The notes under the pieces: model-generated
Seen by the model: only the letters and a program-made list of their open reading frames with translations
What the model was told of the DNA's origin: nothing
Databases searched by the model: none
Origin: Nitrospirota bacterium
GTDB lineage: Bacteria; Nitrospirota; Nitrospiria; JACQBZ01
Reading direction: 5' to 3'
Length of the DNA stretch: 64,000 nt
Assembly (NCBI GenBank): GCA_016200255.1
Contig: JACQFA010000095.1
Location: forward strand, 112 to 64,111
Shown here: one piece after another, positions 9,403-20,422 of the stretch
Position numbering within the stretch: the first letter of the stretch is position 1
How the letters are laid out: each line of letters starts with the position of its first letter
Position numbers and translations under genes: made by a program

Positions 9403-9470
9403 AATTATTTTCCCGCTGCAACGATTGCAAAACCAAAATGGACCAACACTAAAAACAGGAGGGTGAGGCA

Positions 9471-9899
9471 ATGAGTAAGAAAGTGTTGAAAGGATCGAAG
9501 ACCTGGGCCAATCTGAAGGAGGGATTTGCTGGAGAATCGCAGGCAAACCGCCGGTATCTTTATTTCGCCCGTCGCGCCGATATCGAGGGACAGCCGGATA
9601 CGGCCGGCGTGTTTCGCGATACGGCCGAGGGAGAAACCGGTCATGCCTTTGGACATTTTGATTTCTTGGCCGAAGTGGGCGACCCGGTCACGAACGTTCC
9701 GGTCGGCGACACGACGGCCAATCTCAAATCGGCGATCGAAGGCGAGACTTACGAATACACCCAGATGTATCCCGGATTCGCAAAGACCGCACGGGAAGAA
9801 GGCTTCGAAGAAATATCGGAATGGTTTGAGACGCTGGCCAAGGCCGAAAAGTCCCATGCGGGACGTTTCACCAAGGCATTGGACAGTCTTAAAAAATAG
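9471..9899 (+). CDS. rbr: Rubrerythrin (short form without rubredoxin domain)
   Basis: [33 protein letters not shown] and AEKSHA diiron motifs; GGAGG RBS. Confidence 0.93.
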   Translation: MSKKVLKGSKTWANLKEGFAGESQANRRYLYFARRADIEGQPDTAGVFRDTAEGETGHAFGHFDFLAEVGDPVTNVPVGDTTANLKSAIEGETYEYTQMYPGFAKTAREEGFEEISEWFETLAKAEKSHAGRFTKALDSLKK

Positions 9900-9964
9900 C
9901 ATCAAGACACGCTTCACGGTCAAAACGGCCGGGGTCCGCACTGTAACGGCCCCGGCCATAAACC

Positions 9965-11326
9965 GTGCTTAATGGAAATAGGATGATCGCTTTCAACTCG
10001 CCCAAGTTCAAAGATCCGGCAGCCTTCCAGTCCGAAACGTCGCGGGTCTATGAGATTTGCAACGGATGCCGGAGATGTTTTAACCTTTGTCCATCCTTCG
10101 ATGTTCTGTTCCGCGGCATTGATGACAAAGATGGCGAGGTGAACGCACTGGAGGCCCCGGTTTTAAATCAGGTGGTGGACCTCTGTTATTACTGCAAGCT
10201 CTGTTTTAATCATTGTCCTTATTGTCCGCCGCACAAGTACGATCTGGATTTTCCACGGCTGATGCTTTGGGGAAAACATTTGAAGTTTGGCCAGCAGCCG
10301 GCCGGACTGCGCGACCGGCTGCTGGCCGACGTGGATTTCATGGGTCGGTTGGGCGGAGTGATCGCGCCGCTGACCAATTGGGCTCTACGCCGGCCATCGG
10401 TGCGTTGGGTATTGGAAAAAGTAATGGGCATTCACCGGGGACGGCTTTTCCCCGACTTCCATTGGCAATCGTTTTCATCCTGGTTCCAACGAACACGGAA
10501 ACCGGTCGGGGCCGCAGCGCGCCGTTCCCCTGTAGACACCCAGCGAGCGGAAGCGAGCGAGAGGGAGAGGCTCCATCCGGCTTCGCCGGTGGAGGGGGCG
10601 ACGCGAGCCCCTATGAAGGTGGCGCTGTTTTATACCTGTTACGTTAATCGTCATGATCCCGAGATCGGCAAGGCCGCGCTCCAGGTCCTTGAGAAAAACG
10701 GTGTCGAGGCGATCTGCCCGGAGCAGGAATGCTGCGGGATGCCGTATTTCGACATCGGAGATCTTGAAACCGTTCGCCGGATGGCTCAATCGAATTTAAA
10801 AACCTTGTCGGCCGCCGTGGATGCGGGCTATAAAATCGTCTCCCCGATGCCGACCTGCAGCCTGATGTTGAAGAAGGAATACCCGGACCTTGTTCCGACC
10901 GAAGAAGCACGGAAGGTCGCGGCCAACACCTACGACCTTTGCGAGTATCTCATGAAACTGGACGGCCAGGGGAAACTCGCGAAGGATTTCATCTCCAGTC
11001 CCGGAAAGGTCGCCTACCAGGTGCCCTGCCATCTACGGGACCAGAACATCGGGCTGAAATCACGCGACCTGATGAAGCTGATTCCCGGGACGACGGTCGA
11101 AGTGATCGAAAAATGTTCCGGGCATGACGGCACGTTCGGAGTCAAAGAGGAATACTACGATCTTTCAATCAAGGTCGGGCGGAAGGCCTTTGCGGCCGTC
11201 GAGGAGGCCGAACCGGACGTGGCGGCCTCGGATTGTCCCCTCTCCGGCTTGGCGCTCACGCAAAGCACCGGAAAGAAATCGGTTCATCCGATTCAGATCA
11301 TTCAAAAAGCGTATGGCTTGAAATAA
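9965..11326 (+). CDS. Rubrerythrin-associated Fe-S oxidoreductase (GlpC/HdrD-like, CCG domains)
   Basis: CNGCRRCFNLC and CYYCKLCFNHCP ferredoxin motifs plus CCG and CSG domains. Lies between rbr and DUF3501. Confidence 0.9.
   Translation: MLNGNRMIAFNSPKFKDPAAFQSETSRVYEICNGCRRCFNLCPSFDVLFRGIDDKDGEVNALEAPVLNQVVDLCYYCKLCFNHCPYCPPHKYDLDFPRLMLWGKHLKFGQQPAGLRDRLLADVDFMGRLGGVIAPLTNWALRRPSVRWVLEKVMGIHRGRLFPDFHWQSFSSWFQRTRKPVGAAARRSPVDTQRAEASERERLHPASPVEGATRAPMKVALFYTCYVNRHDPEIGKAALQVLEKNGVEAICPEQECCGMPYFDIGDLETVRRMAQSNLKTLSAAVDAGYKIVSPMPTCSLMLKKEYPDLVPTEEARKVAANTYDLCEYLMKLDGQGKLAKDFISSPGKVAYQVPCHLRDQNIGLKSRDLMKLIPGTTVEVIEKCSGHDGTFGVKEEYYDLSIKVGRKAFAAVEEAEPDVAASDCPLSGLALTQSTGKKSVHPIQIIQKAYGLK
10508..10611. 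repeat. Palindromic element apparently inserted in frame in the Fe-S oxidoreductase
   Basis: Imperfect terminal inverted repeat GGGGCCGCAGCGCGCC / GGCGACGCGAGCCCC, internal hairpin CTCCATCCGGC-TTC-GCCGGTGGAG and GCGAGCG repeats. Encodes a non-conserved-looking linker just before MKVALFYTC. Confidence 0.55.
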
Positions 11327-11908
11327 ATGGACGCACTACAGTTAAAAGATATTAAACCGCTTTCAGAATACGAACCAATCCGCAAAGCGTTTCGGGAACG
11401 GATTATCGCCTTGAAGAAGTTACGGCGCGTTCCGCTCGGCGATCGTATCACGATGGTCTTCGAGAACCGGGACACCCTTCTATTCCAGATTCAGGAGATG
11501 ATGCGGGTGGAGCATATTTACGATCCGAAAAAAATCCAGGACGAACTGGACACGTACAACCCCCTGATCGCCGGCCCGGGCGAGCTGTCGGCCACACTGT
11601 TCATCGAGATCACCGAACCGGATCGGATCAAGGAAATGCTGGACGGCCTCCAGGGAATCGACGACGGCCGAAGCATCTATCTCGAACTCGGCACGGATCG
11701 GATCCACGGACAGTTTGAATCGGGCCACAGCAAGGAGGACAAGCTCAGTGCGGTTCATTACGTCCGCTTTCGACTGTCCACGGAACAGCAAGCCTCCTTT
11801 CGCAATGCTGCAACTCCCGGTGCGCTGGTCGTAAAACACCCAAACTATTCCGAGCGGACGGTTCTGGATCGTGCAACACGCGAAGCCCTTTCGAAAGATA
11901 TCGCCTGA
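11327..11908 (+). CDS. DUF3501 family protein
   Basis: KKLRRV.LG..ITMVFENRDT..FQIQEMMRVE, YNPLI, SATLFIE and SAVHYVRF; known partner of short rubrerythrins. Confidence 0.9.
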   Translation: MDALQLKDIKPLSEYEPIRKAFRERIIALKKLRRVPLGDRITMVFENRDTLLFQIQEMMRVEHIYDPKKIQDELDTYNPLIAGPGELSATLFIEITEPDRIKEMLDGLQGIDDGRSIYLELGTDRIHGQFESGHSKEDKLSAVHYVRFRLSTEQQASFRNAATPGALVVKHPNYSERTVLDRATREALSKDIA

Positions 11909-11932
11909 TCGACTCAGCGCGAATCAAACCGC

Positions 11933-11962
11933 TTGACGTACGAATCTGGCTGCCCGTAGAAT
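11933..11962 (+). promoter_or_regulatory. Putative sigma70 promoter for mrp
   Basis: TTGACG-N18-TAGAAT upstream of the AAGGAG RBS and ATG at 12001. Confidence 0.5.
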
Positions 11963-12000
11963 AGAACCCTCGCTCGTAGAAATCACAAAGGAGAAGATTG

Positions 12001-13071
12001 ATGCCCGTAACGGAAAAAGAGATCCTGGCCGCGCTCAGCAAGATACAGGATCCGGACCTCCATAAAGATATCGTGACGCTGGGATTCGTACAGAACATCA
12101 AGATAAAAAATTCCGAGGTCGGCTTTGATATCGTACTGACCACTCCCGCCTGTCCAGTCAAAGACCAGATGCGCGACGAGGCCCGAAAGCTGGTCGGAGG
12201 CCTGCCGGGCGTTTCCAAGGTGAATATCAACATGACTTCAAACGTCACGAAAGGGCTCAGCGGCGTCAAGGAAGATTACATTCCGCTGGTGAAAAACGCG
12301 ATCGCGATCAGCAGCGGAAAGGGCGGCGTCGGAAAATCGACCGTCAGCGCGACACTCGCGGTCGCTCTCGCCGAGACTGGCGCCAAGGTCGGCCTGATGG
12401 ATGCCGATGTTTACGGGCCGAACATCCCGATGATGATGGGGGTCGGAAAACCGCCGAGCCAGTCCGGAAACAAACTCATCCCGGCCGAAAGTCACGGCGT
12501 CAAGATCATGTCGATGGGTTACCTCGTCCCGGAAGACCAGCCGATCGTCTGGCGCGGCCCGATGATCCACGGGGCGATACAGCAGTTTCTGCGCGACGTG
12601 GAGTGGGGCGAACTGGACTATCTTATCGTCGACCTCCCGCCCGGAACCGGCGACGCGCAGCTCTCGATCTCGCAGCTTGTTCCACTGACCGGCGCCGTGA
12701 TCGTCACCACGCCTCAGAACGTCGCGCTGCATGATTCCAAGAAGGGGCTGGGCATGTTCCAGAAGGTCAACGTCCCCGTCCTCGGCATCGTCGAGAACAT
12801 GAGCTACTTCGTCTGCTCGCACTGCAATGAACGGACCGAGATCTTCAGCCACGGCGGAGGAAAACTCGCGGCCGAGAAACTGGGCGTGCCGTTTTTGGGC
12901 GAGATCCCGATCGACCCGGAGATCCGGGTCGGCGGCGACGGGGGACAACCGCTGATCATCTCTCACCCGGACTCCCCCACGGCCGAGGCCTTCCGCAAGA
13001 TCGCGAAGGCGATCGCGGCCCAGATCAGCATCCAAAACGCCAAGCGCCAGACGCTCAAGATCATCGGGTAA
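12001..13071 (+). CDS. mrp: Mrp/NBP35 iron-sulfur cluster carrier ApbC
   Basis: N-terminal FeS-assembly-P domain (LTTPACP), SGKGGVGKST, WRGPM, DLPPGTGD and ENMSYFVCSHC. Confidence 0.95.
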   Translation: MPVTEKEILAALSKIQDPDLHKDIVTLGFVQNIKIKNSEVGFDIVLTTPACPVKDQMRDEARKLVGGLPGVSKVNINMTSNVTKGLSGVKEDYIPLVKNAIAISSGKGGVGKSTVSATLAVALAETGAKVGLMDADVYGPNIPMMMGVGKPPSQSGNKLIPAESHGVKIMSMGYLVPEDQPIVWRGPMIHGAIQQFLRDVEWGELDYLIVDLPPGTGDAQLSISQLVPLTGAVIVTTPQNVALHDSKKGLGMFQKVNVPVLGIVENMSYFVCSHCNERTEIFSHGGGKLAAEKLGVPFLGEIPIDPEIRVGGDGGQPLIISHPDSPTAEAFRKIAKAIAAQISIQNAKRQTLKIIG

Positions 13072-13097
13072 ATTCAATCGACGACTGAAAGCCTCCG

Positions 13098-13127
13098 TTG
13101 ACACACCGTCGGACTCTGTGCTACCCT
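13098..13127 (+). promoter_or_regulatory. Putative sigma70 promoter
   Basis: TTGACA-N18-TACCCT with an extended -10 TG, upstream of the GGAG RBS and ATG at 13154. Confidence 0.45.
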
Positions 13128-13153
13128 GTGCCTGCTTTCGGGAGAGTCCCTTT

Positions 13154-13479
13154 ATGGATGTAAAGTTATTATCGGTCGAGCGGCTGATCGGACTCACCAT
13201 GATCATCATGGGCTTTCTGAACATCTTGCTCTCCTTGCAAGATGATCTGGGCATCGCGCCGGTGGCGATGTTTCTCTTCGGCGTCATCCTGTTCGTCCAT
13301 AGCAGCATGGAAACCTGGCATAAATGGGGCGTGATCGCCCTTGTCATCGCGGCCGGCATTGTATTCAAGCACTTCGAGGTTGATCCACTGATCACGTACT
13401 GGTACAAGCAGATCCTGTTCAACGGAACGATTCTGGCCGTCATCATCTTCATGCTCACCCACCGGATCAAATCCAACCC

Positions 13480-13483
<4 letters not shown>
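13154..13483 (+). CDS. Small integral membrane hypothetical protein (about 4 TM)
   Basis: Four hydrophobic segments; ATGA overlap with the next gene. Confidence 0.7.
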
Positions 13484-14310
<827 letters not shown>

Positions 14311-14316
14311 CCGGTC

Positions 14317-17300
14317 ATGCCGGATCCGATCCAGCCGATCTTTCTCCCCCCTTCCCTGACCGAGTTCTGCGCGCAACAGATGGACCGTCCGTCGCAACAA
14401 ACCCTCTTGGATCGAATCGCCGCCCTCGCCCCGTCCGACCGAAGCATGCTGCTGGAACTTCTGGAGGAATTGATCTCGACCGCTCCGAAGGCGGCCGCCG
14501 TGGGTGTTCGGTCCCTCGCTCATGTTCTCCAAACCCTGTCGCCGGCCCAGGCCCTGTCCTGGCTGGATCTGGGCACATCCATGTCGTCCCAGTCGTCCAC
14601 GGCGTCGCAGAAATATTTTTTGGAGAGCCCCGACCTCTTGGCCGCGACCGATCCCGCGCGGCGGCTGCCGATCTTGACGCTCGGACTGGAATTGAGCGAC
14701 GGTCATCACGCCGTCGTGCTGGACTTTATCCGGGCCGGCTCCCAATTGCCGGAGGGGATAGTGACGGCCGATCTCACCTCGTGGATGGAGGAGGGCCTTC
14801 GTCTGGCGGAAGAGGACTTGGTGCTAGCGGTCGAGTATTTCCGGATCAGCCCCGAGGTCCTGCGCCAAATTCCGGTTGCCGACCTCCCGCTCTGGGTTCA
14901 ACCGGGCCGGCATCTCGTCCAGCCGAACGCGCTTGGAAAACCCGATTACCTGAAGGTGATCGAATATTTCCGGCTCAGTTCCGAAACCTTATCCGCCCTC
15001 GAACCGGCCGATTTGAGACGGCCGTTCCTGGAGCTGGGACTCGTTCTGTCCCGGCGATCGGCTGTCATCGGGATGGACTATCTCCGTTCCTCTCCGTCCA
15101 TACTACGGGAGTTCGATTCCCCGACTCATCGCCGATTGTTCCTGTCCCAGGCCCGGCAGCTGGCCGATGCCGTTTTATCGGCGGGCCGGGAACCGTCCGT
15201 CGTTCTGGACTATCTGCGAGAGGGCCCAAAAATGTTTCGGGCGCTTGAAAATAATCCGACCGATTTCATCACCTGGGTTGACGCCGGGCTTTCCCTGCTG
15301 TCGCAGAATCCCGAACGTGCCAAGGTCTATTTCAGCGGCCGGTCGAAAACCGGGCAGGATACCACTGAACGACTGATCGGCGGAATCTCGCTCAAGACAA
15401 TCGTCCGGACGCTGGCCCTCTATGCCGAGGGACTGTCCGGACGGGCCGTCACGATCCGGCCGACCACGGACCTGCCGGCGAAACTTCGCGAGACGATTGG
15501 CGACTCCCCCACCACCGATGGACGGACGATTTACCTGCCGGACCGAATCCGCTTGTTTCCGAACGACGATGATAATTTCAGGCTGTACAAGATGACCACG
15601 CTGCACGAGGCGGGACACCTTGAATTCGGCACGTATGAACCGGACCTGGACAAGATGCAGGACGTGATTGAATTCGTTGCGGCGGAGTACGGGCGACGGT
15701 CCGCGCCCGACCCATCTCTCAAAACGGCCGCGGACTATTTTCGTCTCTTCCCGAACCCCTCCTGGGCGCGATCGCTCTGGACGATTCTGGAAGACGCGCG
15801 GGTTGACTTTCATCTTCGGGCCGAATATCCCGGCGTTCGCCGCGACATGGATCAGATCGTGGCCCTGGATCTTCAGTCGCGTCCCCTGCTGGAAGGCCTC
15901 CCTCCGCGGGCCGCCGTTCATGAAGCACTGCTCCAGCTTTCGATCACGGACACCACGGAAGCTCCGCTGGAGCTGGCCGAGACGATCTCGGGGGCGTACG
16001 ATCTTCTGCTGGAGCTAAAGAAAACATCGGCCACCGCCACCGATTCGCTTCGCGTTCTGGCCCGGCTGTACCGTTTTTTGGAAGAACAGCTCCTGCGTTT
16101 CCCAAGCGTCCGGGGCGAAGCCGATCCGCTGGGCATGCAGGAAAAATCCCCGGACGATCTAACCGAGCAGGCCTCCTCCCCGGACCAACGAGGAACCGCT
16201 CCGTCTCCCTCGACACTGTCCTACCGTGGCGTCATGCATCCCGACTGGGTTCGGTCCCGTCCGGAGGATGAAACGATTCCGATTGATCCGTCCCGCCTGG
16301 ATTCCGGTCCGCCTCCGTCGGCGCCGCGGGGAGGGTCACGAGATACTATTCTTCAGCAGGGTCGAACCGAAACAGAGACGAAGGAAAATGTTCCGGTCCC
16401 GGGTTCCAAAACCGGGGCCACGCGTCCGATGGAGCTTGAATCGTCCGAGACTCCCGTCTACTTTTATGACGAATGGGACGAGGGGGCGCAGGAGTACCGC
16501 CCCCGGTGGTGCCGCCTCTACGAACACCGCATACAGCCCGAATCCAGTTTGATCGTCCAACAGACGTTGTCTTCGTACGGGCCCGTTTTGCGTCTGCTCC
16601 GACGCCATTTTCAAAGCCTGCGGCCGGAGGTCTTTCGAAAAGTTAAGCGGCAGACGGTTGGTGAAGATCTGGACCTGGACGCGGTGATCGAGGCCCGCAC
16701 CGAACTCCGCAGCGGACGGACACCCCAAGACACTCTATACATCAAGAACGAAAAGCGGCTCAGGGACGTGTTGGTCGCCTTCCTGATCGATATGAGCGGC
16801 TCGACCAGCCGGCAGATCCCGTCCGCGCGGCGACGGGTGATCGAGGTGGAACAGGAGGCGCTGATCCTGATGTCCGAGGCCCTCCAGGCCGTGGGCGATA
16901 CGTTCGCAATCTACGGATTCTCCGGAGATTCCAAAGACCGCGTGGATTTTTATATCATCAAAGATTTTTCGGACGCGTTGAACACCCGCATTCATGAACG
17001 GATCGGCGCGATGCGGTCGCTGAACCAGAATCGTGACGGCGCGGCCATCCGCCATGCGCTGACCAAGCTGGAGCAGCAACCGGCCAAAACACGGCTGCTC
17101 ATTTTATTGAGCGATGGGAAACCCCTCGATACGGGCTATGCCGGCGCCCATTCGCTCCAGGACACCAAGATGGCGCTCAAGGAAGCCCGGAGGCGGGGCA
17201 TCCATCCCTACTGCATTACGATTGACAAGGAGGCCAGCCGGTATGTCACCGAGATGTACGGCGAGGTCAGTCACACGATCATCGACCAAGTCGCCACGCT

Positions 17301-17343
17301 GCCGGACAAGTTGCCCCGGATCTACCGGCGGTTGACGACCTGA
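14317..17343 (+). CDS. NorD/CbbO-like VWA-domain activase partner with long N-terminal helical extension
   Basis: TDGRTIYLP, HEAGH, YDEWD..YRPRWC, GEDLDLDA, MIDAS motif DMSGST, RDGAAIRHA and LSDGKP. Confidence 0.9.
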   Translation: MPDPIQPIFLPPSLTEFCAQQMDRPSQQTLLDRIAALAPSDRSMLLELLEELISTAPKAAAVGVRSLAHVLQTLSPAQALSWLDLGTSMSSQSSTASQKYFLESPDLLAATDPARRLPILTLGLELSDGHHAVVLDFIRAGSQLPEGIVTADLTSWMEEGLRLAEEDLVLAVEYFRISPEVLRQIPVADLPLWVQPGRHLVQPNALGKPDYLKVIEYFRLSSETLSALEPADLRRPFLELGLVLSRRSAVIGMDYLRSSPSILREFDSPTHRRLFLSQARQLADAVLSAGREPSVVLDYLREGPKMFRALENNPTDFITWVDAGLSLLSQNPERAKVYFSGRSKTGQDTTERLIGGISLKTIVRTLALYAEGLSGRAVTIRPTTDLPAKLRETIGDSPTTDGRTIYLPDRIRLFPNDDDNFRLYKMTTLHEAGHLEFGTYEPDLDKMQDVIEFVAAEYGRRSAPDPSLKTAADYFRLFPNPSWARSLWTILEDARVDFHLRAEYPGVRRDMDQIVALDLQSRPLLEGLPPRAAVHEALLQLSITDTTEAPLELAETISGAYDLLLELKKTSATATDSLRVLARLYRFLEEQLLRFPSVRGEADPLGMQEKSPDDLTEQASSPDQRGTAPSPSTLSYRGVMHPDWVRSRPEDETIPIDPSRLDSGPPPSAPRGGSRDTILQQGRTETETKENVPVPGSKTGATRPMELESSETPVYFYDEWDEGAQEYRPRWCRLYEHRIQPESSLIVQQTLSSYGPVLRLLRRHFQSLRPEVFRKVKRQTVGEDLDLDAVIEARTELRSGRTPQDTLYIKNEKRLRDVLVAFLIDMSGSTSRQIPSARRRVIEVEQEALILMSEALQAVGDTFAIYGFSGDSKDRVDFYIIKDFSDALNTRIHERIGAMRSLNQNRDGAAIRHALTKLEQQPAKTRLLILLSDGKPLDTGYAGAHSLQDTKMALKEARRRGIHPYCITIDKEASRYVTEMYGEVSHTIIDQVATLPDKLPRIYRRLTT

Positions 17344-17362
17344 CAACGGAGGTTGAGAAGAG

Positions 17363-17770
17363 ATGACATCCCCGGAGTACAATATTCATCACGATTGGAT
17401 GTGGGACATGTTCCAGGAATACGTCCGCAAGATCACGAGGACGGCCTCCACCGGCGCCATGCCGCTGGAAGAAATGCAGTCCCGTTATCAACGGATGCAT
17501 CGGGATTTCGATATCAAGATCATGATCAGCGACAAGGTCGGGATGATCATCCAGTTTCTGGACCTCGACATGTACCGCTACCCTGATTTCGAACCGCTGC
17601 TCGAGCCGGCGGCCTTCTTAAATTTCCTGTCTGAAAAATACGGCGGAGGGAAATTCAAAGTCAATCTCTATCACGACGGGACGTTCATCGCCACGAAGAA
17701 TTTCAAGATCGAGGAAGGCCCCGAGAAATGGCGGGAGTTATTAAAACGGAGGGGAGGACAGAATCCGTAA
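17363..17770 (+). CDS. Hypothetical protein
   Basis: 135-aa ORF continuing the operon, with plausible codon usage. No family recognised. Confidence 0.65.
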   Translation: MTSPEYNIHHDWMWDMFQEYVRKITRTASTGAMPLEEMQSRYQRMHRDFDIKIMISDKVGMIIQFLDLDMYRYPDFEPLLEPAAFLNFLSEKYGGGKFKVNLYHDGTFIATKNFKIEEGPEKWRELLKRRGGQNP

Positions 17771-17780
17771 CAAACCTTGG

Positions 17781-19172
17781 CTAACGGGACCCACGGCCCA
17801 GCAAAACTACCTTGATCGTTTCAAAGATGATGGCCAGGTCCAGCCAGAGGGAAAGATGCTTGATATAGAAAAGATCGTATTGGAGTTTCTCCAACGCATC
17901 CTCCTTGGTCGCCCCATAGCTGTATTTGATCTGGGCCCAGCCGGTGATTCCCGGTTTGACTTCATGCCGGAGGGAATAATAAGGAATTTCCTTGTGCAAT
18001 TGCTCGACGAAGAACGGCCGTTCGGGGCGAGGGCCCACAAAACTCATATCGCCCTTGAGAACATTGATGAGCTGGGGCAATTCATCCATCCGTGACTTTC
18101 GAAGAAACCGGCCGACCGCTGTTGTGCGATCGTCTTGATGCTGGGCCCAGACGGGTCCGGTTTCGGCTTCCGCATCCACTCGCATGGACCGAAATTTGAT
18201 CAATGTGAAGACCCTTCCGTCCTCCCCCACTCGTTCCTGTCGGAAAAAGACGGGACCGTGAGAATTCCACCGGATCAGCGGGGCGATGACCAGAAACAAT
18301 GGAACACTCATCAGCAGCGCCAGTGACGCGATGACGACATCCAAAAGACGTTTAGTAATGCGGGTCAATCGGAACTGATTAAAACCGGACGAAAAGATGA
18401 ACCAGCTCGGCTTCAGGTTTTCCACAATGATCTTCCCGACCAGGCGCTCATAGAAGTTGACACCGTCATGAATCATCGTCCCCTGAAATTTGCACTGCAG
18501 CAGTGAATCCACGGGCAGTTTGCCCCGCCGGTCCGGCAACGCCACAATGACCCGGTTGATATTGCGCCGGGAGACGATCCCGGAGAGCGCCGCATAATCC
18601 CCGATGATTTTGGGATTCACCACGCTCTCCCCAACCTTATTCGGGTCCTCGTCGATGAAACCGATGACATCGTAACTGGCCCGGTGATTTTTAAGAATCT
18701 CCGATCCGATCTTCCGGGCCAGCTGACCGGAACCGATGATCAGCACCCGATCCCTCAGCGGCCCCATCCGGCTGAGCCGGTCATAGGACAACCGCCATCC
18801 GATCACGGCCAGGGGCAGCAAGGCCAGCGTGATAAGAAAGATCCCGCGCCCGATGATCATCGACGGGAAAAGATAATAAACCACCGCCAGGAGAATCGCG
18901 GCCGTGGCAAGCGATTGGATAAACTTGATCGACCATTCACGAGGCTGGTTCACAAGCCGGATGGCATAAAGGTCGTTGTAATAGAAGCTGACCTGAAAAA
19001 TCGCGGCGATGATGAATGCCTTGTAGTAGAGCAAGTTGTAAGCGAAGGGATCGATACCTTGGAAAAAGAAACGGCCGGCCACGGCGATGAGAACACACAG
19101 GAAGATCAGCAGATTCTCAACAAAAAAGAAACTCAGTCGCCGGATGGTTTTTCCCTGATTTGAGAACAACAT
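17781..19172 (-). CDS. Priming sugar transferase (undecaprenyl-phosphate glycosylphosphotransferase, PEP-CTERM/XrtA EPS type)
   Basis: N-terminal TM helices, CoA-binding-like domain (VLIIGSG), C-terminal KFRSM..DAE, DELPQL.NVLKGDMSFVGPRPER and KPGITGWAQ. Confidence 0.93.
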   Translation of the reverse strand: MLFSNQGKTIRRLSFFFVENLLIFLCVLIAVAGRFFFQGIDPFAYNLLYYKAFIIAAIFQVSFYYNDLYAIRLVNQPREWSIKFIQSLATAAILLAVVYYLFPSMIIGRGIFLITLALLPLAVIGWRLSYDRLSRMGPLRDRVLIIGSGQLARKIGSEILKNHRASYDVIGFIDEDPNKVGESVVNPKIIGDYAALSGIVSRRNINRVIVALPDRRGKLPVDSLLQCKFQGTMIHDGVNFYERLVGKIIVENLKPSWFIFSSGFNQFRLTRITKRLLDVVIASLALLMSVPLFLVIAPLIRWNSHGPVFFRQERVGEDGRVFTLIKFRSMRVDAEAETGPVWAQHQDDRTTAVGRFLRKSRMDELPQLINVLKGDMSFVGPRPERPFFVEQLHKEIPYYSLRHEVKPGITGWAQIKYSYGATKEDALEKLQYDLFYIKHLSLWLDLAIIFETIKVVLLGRGSR

Positions 19173-19204
19173 GGTTCCTAACCGTTTTTGGTTTTAAGTC
19201 GGCT

Positions 19205-20365
19205 TCAAGACCATTTCGCCCGGAGGGTGAAACTGTATTGGTTCCGGCTCAGATCGGCTTGAAAGTTTCCCGACGTTTCCTGGCGGTAATAATGGTACTC
19301 GAAATCGCTCAGCAGCCAGGTGGTGAATTGATAGCGCACCCCGATGCCGGCTCCCTGCGAATGGATATCGATCGGTCTTCCGGTAACCCTCTCCTTGCCA
19401 ATGGAGTAGTTCCGCGCCACATTCAAGTCGGTATCCGCGCTAAGGGCGGCAGTAAACTGCTTGTTCAGCGAGAGCGCTGCCTTGTCCGTAATGAGCGGCA
19501 CACTGGCAATCCCGCTGCTGGCATCGATATTACGGCTCCCCCGGATACTCATCTGGATCCGGTCTTTAAATCGCCTGGATGCGGACAGGCTGCCGTAGAG
19601 CGAATACTGTGGATTTAGGTCCGGAAGCACCGCCGCGATCACTCCCAATCCGGCATCGCCCGTCAAGATCGGAGAGAAATCATGGCGATCTCCCAGCGAC
19701 AGGGTATGGATATGGCTGATCTCGCCGCCGTACGGATTGAACCGGCGATAGGAATAGCCGGTCGTGGCCGTATCGGTCCGGCTCAAATCCCGGCTGTAAG
19801 ACATTCTGGCCTCGTTCGTCTGACTGTCGACAAGCGCCGGATCCTGGTACTGCGTGTAGCTGTTTTTATATCCGAATCCGATTTTTGAAATGGTCGAGAG
19901 AGGCATAGACTCGTCAATATCAAAAATGTTTCTGAGCGTATTGGTCCTCGGGGTGCGCACCCCGCCGGTCGTCACATCCGGAGAAGGATTGACCAATGAT
20001 TCAAAATCGGGAAGGATCGGTGTATAAACCAGCGTTTCACTGACATGCACCGTGGATCCCTTGGGCAATACCGTGCTTAACATCCGGCTGAAATCGGTTT
20101 CAACGGAAAAATCCTGCCGCACGCGATTCAGGTTCTGATGGGTGGCGAACAGTTCCGCATTCACGCGATAACTGGCGTTGATCGCCATCTCTGCATCCTC
20201 GTATTTCATTCCGATCTGAGGTCCGATGAGGGTGACCATATCCGACCGCCCGTTCGCCGTAAGGTCTATATTAGTGTCGTAGCGAGTCGTCAACGTTAAT
20301 TCCGAAACCAGTTGCCATCGCCCTTGAGCGGTGCTTGGGGCAATGGCAACCAAAAGGATCAACAC
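19205..20365 (-). CDS. Outer-membrane beta-barrel protein of EPS export locus
   Basis: Signal peptide, YDTNI motif, alternating beta-strand pattern and aromatic C-terminus (FTLRAKWS). Directly downstream of wza. Confidence 0.75.
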   Translation of the reverse strand: MLILLVAIAPSTAQGRWQLVSELTLTTRYDTNIDLTANGRSDMVTLIGPQIGMKYEDAEMAINASYRVNAELFATHQNLNRVRQDFSVETDFSRMLSTVLPKGSTVHVSETLVYTPILPDFESLVNPSPDVTTGGVRTPRTNTLRNIFDIDESMPLSTISKIGFGYKNSYTQYQDPALVDSQTNEARMSYSRDLSRTDTATTGYSYRRFNPYGGEISHIHTLSLGDRHDFSPILTGDAGLGVIAAVLPDLNPQYSLYGSLSASRRFKDRIQMSIRGSRNIDASSGIASVPLITDKAALSLNKQFTAALSADTDLNVARNYSIGKERVTGRPIDIHSQGAGIGVRYQFTTWLLSDFEYHYYRQETSGNFQADLSRNQYSFTLRAKWS

Positions 20366-20422
20366 CGGAACTGCTCTGAGAAAATGGCTCCCGCTCAGAT
20401 TTTCCTCTGCCTGCTTTCCTAT

